Shown piece after piece: positions 8,563 through 15,389 of a stretch of 32,000 bases of DNA. Made by a program: the position numbers and the translations under genes. Below the pieces are notes generated by a model. That model had not been told where the DNA came from and did no database searches. It worked only from the letters and a program-made list of their open reading frames with translations. Source of the stretch: Methanococcus maripaludis (GTDB lineage Archaea; AGJL01; Methanococci; Methanococcales; Methanococcaceae); contig NZ_CP026606.1 in NCBI RefSeq assembly GCF_002945325.1, positions 240,001 through 272,000 on the forward strand, read 5' to 3'. Position 1 is the first letter of the stretch, and each line of letters opens with the position of its first letter.

Positions 8563-8913
8563 TTATTTGGGAATTAATAAATACCAGGCTTTGTCGCCAT
8601 TTTCTTGGTATCGAACAGCCATAAATTCAGTTTTAGACTTTTTTGACATGTCGTGCGTGAATGTTATAAATGGCCGCCTTTGTTCAGTAACCTCTGCCCG
8701 CATGTTCCTTAATATTGAGTATAATCTTTTAAAATAAGTAACAGTATCATCTTTATCAGGGTATATCGCATCATATACGTTTCGAGTTATGTAAACAGGC
8801 TCACTAAAACCCCTTCTTTTCGCATAACGAGAAACATTTATGACCTCTGCACCAGGTTTTATTACTTGCTCGATATCCTCTAATTCTTCAGGTATCTCAA
8901 AATTGCCCCTCAT
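8563..8913 (-). CDS. Hypothetical protein, 116 aa, unknown function
   Basis: The ORF is listed to 8916 (TTG). The ATG at 8913 is preceded by GGAGGGG. It ends 38 nt upstream of the NikR-like gene on the same strand. No motif I can assign with confidence. Confidence 0.6.
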   Translation of the reverse strand: MRGNFEIPEELEDIEQVIKPGAEVINVSRYAKRRGFSEPVYITRNVYDAIYPDKDDTVTYFKRLYSILRNMRAEVTEQRRPFITFTHDMSKKSKTEFMAVRYQENGDKAWYLLIPK

Positions 8914-9267
8914 CAAAAATCCCCTCCAACGAAGTAGAATAATATATGGTTAGCATTACATTTAAATATATCGGTAAAAGGAAATAAATAGCTTTTTTTA
9001 AAATAAGAATATTATTTAAAGAATTACTTGTAATTAAAACCATTTTTACACATTTGTGGTAATTTATGTGTTTAATATTTTTTAAAACAGGGATAACACT
9101 GTTTTTCAGGCCATTTTCAAAAAACATTATTACATTATTAAAAAGTGATTTATAGTTTAAAAAACATCATAGAATCTGAAATTTTGAACAAAGATCGATT
9201 TAATATTTTTAAGTCCTGTTTTATCCAAAACTCTTGAAAAAGTATTTAATGAAAGAAATCCATACTC

Positions 9268-9275
9268 TATAAATT
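9268..9275 (+). promoter_or_regulatory. Candidate TATA box (TATAAATT) about 24 nt upstream of the 9295 ATG, implying a leaderless or near-leaderless mRNA
   Basis: Read directly. There is no convincing SD between it and the ATG (only aggaa, 10 nt upstream). Confidence 0.3.
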
Positions 9276-9294
9276 AAATTAGGAACTGAAAAAC

Positions 9295-9831
9295 ATGGTA
9301 TCCCAAGACGACATACTTTACGAATTTTACAATAACGATGGAATACTTTCTACAGAACAACTTAAGGAATTATCCGGCATTTCAAAGGAGGAAAGTATAA
9401 GAAGCATTTCAAAATCTATGAATTCGTTGATTCAAAAAAAACTAATCGGAAAAGTAAAAGGCCCAAAAAACAGCACAATTTATTTTTTGACCAACCCTTA
9501 CTATTTCCTATGTGACGATAATGAAAGAATAAAACATGAAAAAACACACTGTTTAAACGTCATAAAAAAAGTCATGGAACATCATGATGAATGTAAAATC
9601 TTTGAAAAACATGACATGATTATCCTAAAGTTTAGTGCAACATACCAGATTCGAAACCATCTAAAATTAATAAAATCAATCATAGAAATGTTTGGAAATT
9701 GTTTAAAATATGTTTTACACGACAATTACATACTTGTAACGGGTAAAACCCATCTTGAAATTGACATGTTTAATATAAACCATTTTTTAAAAGAAGAAAA
9801 AGAAATAAACTTTAAAAATACCATAAAATAA
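9295..9831 (+). CDS. Hypothetical protein with an N-terminal winged-helix-like DNA-binding region
   Basis: 178 aa. LSTEQLKELSGISKEESIRSISKSMNSLIQKKLIGKV...STIYFL reads like helix-turn-helix plus wing. The C-terminal ~100 aa is unassigned and contains HEKTHC...HHDEC. Confidence 0.55.
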   Translation: MVSQDDILYEFYNNDGILSTEQLKELSGISKEESIRSISKSMNSLIQKKLIGKVKGPKNSTIYFLTNPYYFLCDDNERIKHEKTHCLNVIKKVMEHHDECKIFEKHDMIILKFSATYQIRNHLKLIKSIIEMFGNCLKYVLHDNYILVTGKTHLEIDMFNINHFLKEEKEINFKNTIK

Positions 9832-9843
9832 AATTAAATAAAG

Positions 9844-10269
9844 TTAGATGCCGTATATATCATCTGCATCTAAAACTTCAGTATCGTGCTCTTTTAATAC
9901 ATCAATTCCTTTTTGAATATCTTCAGTTCTTAAAACTGCTAAAGCTTTGTCATTCATTGAAAATGCATATACATAATCAATGCTGATATTTTCTTTTGAG
10001 AGTATATTAATAGTTTTTGAAAGAGATCCAATCTTATTTGGGATACATATACATAAAACATCCGTTAAACTTACTGAAAACCTATTTTCTTTTAAAATTT
10101 TTAATGCAAGATCCGGATTTGAAACAACCATTCTTAATATTCCGTAATCTGATGTGTCTGCAACACTCAGTGCAGAAATATTTATTCCTGCTTTTTCGAG
10201 TATTTCAGTTACCTCATTTAGTCTTCCGGATTTATTTTCTAAAAATACTGATAATTGTTTGATAATCAT
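9844..10269 (-). CDS. Stand-alone tandem ACT-domain protein (small-molecule or amino-acid binding)
   Basis: The ORF is listed to 10302. I prefer the ATG at 10269 (MIIKQLSVFLENKSGRL...) with GGAGGGG 5 nt upstream. There are two ACT-like repeats (LSVFLENKSGRLNEVTEILEKAGINI and LCICIPNKIGSLSKTINILSKENISI). It lies 13 nt downstream of paaK. Confidence 0.8.
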   Translation of the reverse strand: MIIKQLSVFLENKSGRLNEVTEILEKAGINISALSVADTSDYGILRMVVSNPDLALKILKENRFSVSLTDVLCICIPNKIGSLSKTINILSKENISIDYVYAFSMNDKALAVLRTEDIQKGIDVLKEHDTEVLDADDIYGI

Positions 10270-10282
10270 ATTGGCCCCTCCA

Positions 10283-11581
10283 TTATAGTTTTCTTTTATC
10301 AATTACCCTTTTGGATTTTCCTTCACTTCTTTCAATAGTTTTTGGCTCTACAAGTTTAATTTTAACACTTATTCCAAGAGTACTTTCGATTTTATGTTTG
10401 ATTTTTTTACTTAACTGTTCAAACATACTGATTTTGTCTGAGAAGAACTGGTCTTCGATTTCAACCCAAACTTCAAGAACATCTAAATTATTTATTCTAT
10501 CCACTATTAATAAATAGTGAGGCTTTGTTTCACTCATTTCTAAAAGGACACTTTCTATTTGTGATGGGAATACGTTAACCCCCCTTATAATTAACATGTC
10601 GTCGCTTCTTCCAGTGCACTTGTTCATTCTAACAAGGGTTCTTCCGCATTTACATTTTTCGTAATTTAAGGAGGTTAAATCTCTTGTCCTGTATCTTAAA
10701 AGAGGCATTCCTTCTTTTGTGATCGTTGTAAATACAAGTTCCCCTTCACTTCCTGCAGGAAGTGGTTTTAATGTAACTGGATCAATAATTTCTGGAACGA
10801 AATGATCTTCATTTATGTGCAATCCGTCCTGATATTCACAGTCGCACGCTACACCTGGACCCATTACTTCACTAAGCCCGTATATATCCATTGCTTTTAT
10901 TCCAAGTTTATTTTCAATTTCTTTTCTCATGCTTGGAGTCCAAGGTTCTGCACCAAAAATTCCAACCCTTAAATTAATATCGTCAGCAGTCATTCCAGCA
11001 TCTTCGAGTGTTTCTGCTAAATAAAGGGCATATGAAGGCGTACATGCAAGAACAGTTGTTTTAAAATCAGCCATTAATTGAAGCTGTTTTTGAGTATTTC
11101 CGCCCGAAATTGGAATTACTGTTGCACCTAATTTTTCACCACCATAATGCAGTCCAAGACCGCCGGTAAAAAGACCATATCCATAAGCAATCTGGATGAA
11201 ATCATCTCTTGAAGCTCCAGCACAGCTTAATGCTCTTGCAACTATTTCAGACCACATTGCAATATCTCTTCTCGTGTATCCTACAACAGTTGGCTTTCCA
11301 GTCGTTCCAGAAGATGCGTGAACCCTTACAATTTCGCCCATGGGCACTGAAAATATTCCAAATGGATAATTGTCTCGTAAATCCTGTTTTGTTGTAAATG
11401 GGAGTTTTGAAAGGTCATCGATACTTTCAATATCTTCTGGATAAACGCCCATACTTTGCATTTTTTTCCTGTAAAATGGAACATTGTGGTAAACACGACT
11501 AACTGTATCAGAAAGCCTTTTACTTTGAAGTTCCCTCATCTCTTCTCGATCCATGCATTCAATAGTTTCATTCCATATCAT
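10283..11581 (-). CDS. paaK: Phenylacetate-CoA ligase family adenylating enzyme (PaaK / F390-synthetase-like)
   Basis: 432 aa. The N-terminus [23 protein letters not shown] is typical of Paa[13 protein letters not shown]-binding motif and YRTRD motif are present. Confidence 0.9.
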   Translation of the reverse strand: MIWNETIECMDREEMRELQSKRLSDTVSRVYHNVPFYRKKMQSMGVYPEDIESIDDLSKLPFTTKQDLRDNYPFGIFSVPMGEIVRVHASSGTTGKPTVVGYTRRDIAMWSEIVARALSCAGASRDDFIQIAYGYGLFTGGLGLHYGGEKLGATVIPISGGNTQKQLQLMADFKTTVLACTPSYALYLAETLEDAGMTADDINLRVGIFGAEPWTPSMRKEIENKLGIKAMDIYGLSEVMGPGVACDCEYQDGLHINEDHFVPEIIDPVTLKPLPAGSEGELVFTTITKEGMPLLRYRTRDLTSLNYEKCKCGRTLVRMNKCTGRSDDMLIIRGVNVFPSQIESVLLEMSETKPHYLLIVDRINNLDVLEVWVEIEDQFFSDKISMFEQLSKKIKHKIESTLGISVKIKLVEPKTIERSEGKSKRVIDKRKL

Positions 11582-11591
11582 GATATCCCTT

Positions 11592-12158
11592 CTATTCTAA
11601 ATTGTAACCCATTTCAAAAGCTTTCAAGTTCAATTCCAGAAATTTTTCAGGAACTGTGTCTTTTATAGCTTTTATCCATTCTTCTTTTTTAATGTTGCTG
11701 TTTTTTGCGAGAACTCCGATTAAAGCAACGTTTACTGCTTTTAGTGTTCCTGCTTTTTTTGCAATTGATAGTGCATCTACTGGAATATACCCAATGTTTA
11801 ATTCTTCAAATTTTTCACTTAAATCAGAAGGATATTTCATATTTCCAGTGATTACGGGCATTGGATCTATTTTTTGAGTGTTTACTACCAATTTTCCATT
11901 TTCTTTTAAGTAATCCACATATCTTGCACCTTCGAGCATTTCAAAAGCCAAAACAATATCTGCAGTTCCTTTTTCAACTACTGGGGAATAAACTTTTTCA
12001 CCAAATTTAACGTATGCAACGACGCTACCGCCTCTTTGAGACATTCCATGAACTTCTGAAACTTTAACGTCTTTTCCGAGATTTTGTGCAAGTGTTCCTA
12101 ATATTTTAGAAGCTAAAACTGCACCCTGTCCACCAACTGCTGCGATGACGATATTCAT
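11592..12158 (-). CDS. iorB: Indolepyruvate:ferredoxin oxidoreductase, beta subunit
   Basis: 188 aa. [17 protein letters not shown]...[10 protein letters not shown] is the gamma-type domain of 2-oxoacid:ferredoxin oxidoreductases. The start overlaps the iorA stop (TAATG). Confidence 0.9.
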   Translation of the reverse strand: MNIVIAAVGGQGAVLASKILGTLAQNLGKDVKVSEVHGMSQRGGSVVAYVKFGEKVYSPVVEKGTADIVLAFEMLEGARYVDYLKENGKLVVNTQKIDPMPVITGNMKYPSDLSEKFEELNIGYIPVDALSIAKKAGTLKAVNVALIGVLAKNSNIKKEEWIKAIKDTVPEKFLELNLKAFEMGYNLE

Positions 12159-13894
12159 TATTTTACCACCTCAACTATTGCTGAAAATTTACACAAGTCT
12201 TTGCAAAGCCCGCATCCAACACACAAAGAATCATTTATTTTTGCAACTTTTCCATCAAATGAAATTGCAGGACACCCTGCTTTTAAACATAGTTTACAAC
12301 CTGTGCAGAGTTCAGGATCTATTTTATAATCTTTAAAATCAAATTTAACCCCTTTTATCAATACACATGGCCTTTTTGTGATAATTAAAGAAGGTTCTTC
12401 AGCATTTACTTCTTCTTTTATCGTTTCTTCGAGTGCTTTTAAATCGTACGCGTCAACTACGCGAATTCTATTTATTCCAATTGATCTTCCAAGTGCTTCA
12501 AAATCAATCTGATTGGTACTTTCCCCAGAGAGTGTTTTTCCGGTTGAAGGGTTTTCCTGATGTCCCGTCATTGCAGTAATTGAATTATCTAAAATTATAA
12601 CCGTACTGTGTCCTTTATTGTACACAATATCGATTAATCCAGTAACGCCTGAATGCCAGAACGTAGAATCCCCGATAACTGCAACGGACTTTTTAGCAAA
12701 ATCTTTTCCCCTTGCCATTTCAAATCCGTGTGCCATTCCAATACTTGCACCCATGCAGATTGTAGTATCGATTGCATTTAATGGTTCAAACCCTCCAAGG
12801 GTGTAGCAACCAATATCTCCTGCAACATGGAGTTTTAATTTTTTAAGAACGTAAAATGGACCCCTGTGGTGGCATCCTGGACACAAAACAGGTGGTCTTT
12901 GAGGCAATCCTTCAATTTTTTCAATAACAATTTTTGATTCGTTTAAAAGCGCATTTCTAATTATTTCACTGCTCAATTCACCAACTACTGGGAAAATTTC
13001 TTTTCCAATTACGTTTAATCCTATTGATCGAATTTTTTGTTCAAAAATAGGTTCCAATTCTTCAAATACGTAAACTTTATCGCAATTTTGAACGAATTCT
13101 TTAATTTTTTCTTCAGGAAGTGGATAGCTCATTCCAAATTTCAAAAAAGATGCATCAGAAACTGCTTCTTTTGCGTAATTGTAAGCAACCCCACTTGTAA
13201 TAATTCCAATTTTTTTATTCGTATATTCAATTTTGTTTATATCAGATGAATCTGCGAAATTGGAAAGCTCATTTAATCTTTCTTCAATGAAAATTCTCCT
13301 TTTTTTAGCATTCGCAGGTGCGGATACGTATTTTGAAGGGTTGTAGTCGTATAGTTTTAATTCAATTTTTTCTTTTTCTTCCAATTCAACCAAACTTTGG
13401 GAGTGGGATACTCGGGTACTGAGCCTCAATATTACCGGCGTATCAAATTTTTCACTGATTTCAAGACCCAATTTTACAAAATCCTTACATTCCTGGCTGT
13501 CTGAAGGTTCCAAAACAGGTATCTTTGCAAACATTCCATAATACCTTGTATCCTGCTCATTTTGAGAACTGTGCATACTTGGATCATCTGCAACAATTAT
13601 CAAAAGTCCTGCATTAATTCCAGTATACGCAACAGTCATTAATGGGTCTGCTGCAACGTTTAAACCTACGTGTTTCATTGACACTACGGTTCTAGCACCT
13701 GCAATTGCTGAACCAATAGCCACTTCAAGAGCAACTTTTTCATTTACTGACCATTCCGAGTTAATTTCAGGATATTTTACAATATGCTCTGTTATTTCAG
13801 TACTCGGTGTTCCAGGATATGCAGTTGCCACAAGAACTCCTGCTTCGTAAGCGCCTCTTGCTACTGCTTCATTTCCAAGCATTAATTTTTTCAT
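12158..13894 (-). CDS. iorA: Indolepyruvate:ferredoxin oxidoreductase, alpha subunit
   Basis: 578 aa with GAGGT 5 nt upstream. The N-terminus LGNEAVARGAYEAGV..YPGTPS, the TPP-binding region GDSTFWHSG, and two C-terminal ferredoxin motifs (CTGCKLCLKAGCP, CVGCGLCKDLC) support the call. Confidence 0.93.
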   Translation of the reverse strand: MKKLMLGNEAVARGAYEAGVLVATAYPGTPSTEITEHIVKYPEINSEWSVNEKVALEVAIGSAIAGARTVVSMKHVGLNVAADPLMTVAYTGINAGLLIIVADDPSMHSSQNEQDTRYYGMFAKIPVLEPSDSQECKDFVKLGLEISEKFDTPVILRLSTRVSHSQSLVELEEKEKIELKLYDYNPSKYVSAPANAKKRRIFIEERLNELSNFADSSDINKIEYTNKKIGIITSGVAYNYAKEAVSDASFLKFGMSYPLPEEKIKEFVQNCDKVYVFEELEPIFEQKIRSIGLNVIGKEIFPVVGELSSEIIRNALLNESKIVIEKIEGLPQRPPVLCPGCHHRGPFYVLKKLKLHVAGDIGCYTLGGFEPLNAIDTTICMGASIGMAHGFEMARGKDFAKKSVAVIGDSTFWHSGVTGLIDIVYNKGHSTVIILDNSITAMTGHQENPSTGKTLSGESTNQIDFEALGRSIGINRIRVVDAYDLKALEETIKEEVNAEEPSLIITKRPCVLIKGVKFDFKDYKIDPELCTGCKLCLKAGCPAISFDGKVAKINDSLCVGCGLCKDLCKFSAIVEVVK

Positions 13895-13964
13895 AATTAA
13901 CCTCTCAAATGAATAATTGATGAAATATTTTTTGATAATTTTTCCGAAAATAAAACGTTATCCC

Positions 13965-13993
13965 GATTTGATATATTCAAGCGATATCAAATC
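13965..13993. repeat. Inverted repeat GATTTGATAT-n9-ATATCAAATC upstream of iorA
   Basis: Read directly: perfect 10-bp arms at 13965-13974 and 13984-13993, 71-100 nt upstream of the iorA ATG. Confidence 0.6.
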
Positions 13994-14280
13994 TTTTCCG
14001 GTTTGAATATGCAAAGACTGTTATTTATGCATATTGTAAATTGTTAAAATAAAAAAGCATTATCGCGTTGAAATAATATGATTTAAACGTTTGAAAAAAA
14101 GAAATTCTGGATAAATATCCAGTTAATTCAAATATGAACCCCTATTTCTTAAATTACCCTTCCGATTATTCGAGCAATTGATGAAAGTATCCCTAAATTT
14201 GGGACAATCAATTATTTTTGATTTAATCAATATATATTAATTATTAATTGATTTTTTTGGATATTTTCATATCAAAACTT

Positions 14281-14300
14281 AACAAAAAACTGAAAAAACG
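14281..14300 (-). terminator. Oligo-T terminator after corA (minus strand CGTTTTTTCAGTTTTTTGTT)
   Basis: Two T6 runs lie 20-40 nt after the corA stop. Confidence 0.5.
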
Positions 14301-14321
14301 GAGTTTAATATTTTTCAATGA

Positions 14322-15380
14322 TTAAATCCACCTTTTTCGCCTGAAAAACATAACCATTGAAGTTAATACAAGCCCCATTACAATAAGAACATAAAAATAT
14401 CCAAAAGACCACTTTAATTCAGGCATATTTTCAAAATTCATTCCATAAAGCCCTGCAACGAATGAAAGCGGGATAAATATTGTGGAAATTATTGTAAGTA
14501 CTTTCATAATCTCGTTCATGTTGTTGCTCATCACGGAAAGGTGTATTTCTGCAATGTTTGACGTATTATCCTTTAAAATATCGATTGTTTCGATTAAGTG
14601 AACCGTGTGGTCATATAGGTCGTGAATGTATATTAAATTGCTTTTTTCAATAAATTCATACTCATCTCTGCTGAATTTATGAAATATTTCTTTAAATGGT
14701 CCGATATTTTTTCTTAAAGCTACCAATATTTGTCTTATCTGCTTTACATGGATAATTTCTTCATTTTCGATATCTGAAAACAATTTTGAATCATATCTCT
14801 CAATTTCATCTTCAATCGGTGAAATTATTGCAAAATAATGGTCAATTATTGAATCAAGCACTGCATAAAATAAATAATCCAGTTTTTTTTCACGGATAGA
14901 CCCGCTTTTGTTTGATATTCGATTAATCAAACTCTCAAGGATAGTTATGTCGTGTTCAAAAAAAGTGATTAAAACATTGTTTTTTAAAATTATACTGAGC
15001 TGTTCTGATTCAAGATGTACTGTATCAACTTTCTGGTGGATTATCCTTGTTACGAGATACTTATATTTCTCGTAGACCTCAAATTTAGTTCTCTGACTGG
15101 TATTCAATATATCTTCAAGAGTTAATTTGTGAAGTTCATATCTTTCACCAATCAACCTCATTTCTTCAGCAGTTGGAATCCCCGAAAATATGATCCAATT
15201 TACACATAAATCATCAATAATTATTTCATCGAGACTTTTTACCTGCTTTTTTAAAAAATTATCGGCATTATAACTAATAAATATTATTTCAGTCTCTTTT
15301 AACTCCATTTCACCAGTATATACCAAATCTCCAGGAGGCAGTCCTGCTTTTTTTGAATATCTGCTTCCAATTTTTCTCAT
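14322..15380 (-). CDS. corA: CorA-type magnesium/cobalt transporter
   Basis: 352 aa. YGMNFENMP (GMN signature) is followed by the second TM helix and a basic tail. AGGTGG lies 4 nt upstream, directly after the ATPase stop (9-nt gap). Confidence 0.93.
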   Translation of the reverse strand: MRKIGSRYSKKAGLPPGDLVYTGEMELKETEIIFISYNADNFLKKQVKSLDEIIIDDLCVNWIIFSGIPTAEEMRLIGERYELHKLTLEDILNTSQRTKFEVYEKYKYLVTRIIHQKVDTVHLESEQLSIILKNNVLITFFEHDITILESLINRISNKSGSIREKKLDYLFYAVLDSIIDHYFAIISPIEDEIERYDSKLFSDIENEEIIHVKQIRQILVALRKNIGPFKEIFHKFSRDEYEFIEKSNLIYIHDLYDHTVHLIETIDILKDNTSNIAEIHLSVMSNNMNEIMKVLTIISTIFIPLSFVAGLYGMNFENMPELKWSFGYFYVLIVMGLVLTSMVMFFRRKRWI

Positions 15381-15389
15381 ACTACCACC

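Noticed and set aside
8117-8913. Toxin-antitoxin interpretation of the 116-aa protein plus the RHH protein.
   Set aside because: The RHH protein is a full-length NikR-type protein with an ACT-like C-terminal domain, not a short antitoxin. The gene order (unknown gene first, RHH second with a 38-nt gap) and the sizes do not fit common RHH TA modules. The 116-aa protein shows no toxin motif I recognise.
8897-9127. 76-aa minus-strand ORF in the divergent intergenic region.
   Set aside because: It overlaps the start and SD of the 116-aa gene in another frame. It has no SD, and its very AT-rich, low-complexity translation most likely reflects promoter DNA.
13920-14006. 28-codon plus-strand ORF and several ORFs under 20 codons in the iorA-corA spacer.
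   Set aside because: None has an SD, the compositions are implausible, and they overlap the inverted repeats. They are treated as non-coding unless transcript or peptide data say otherwise.
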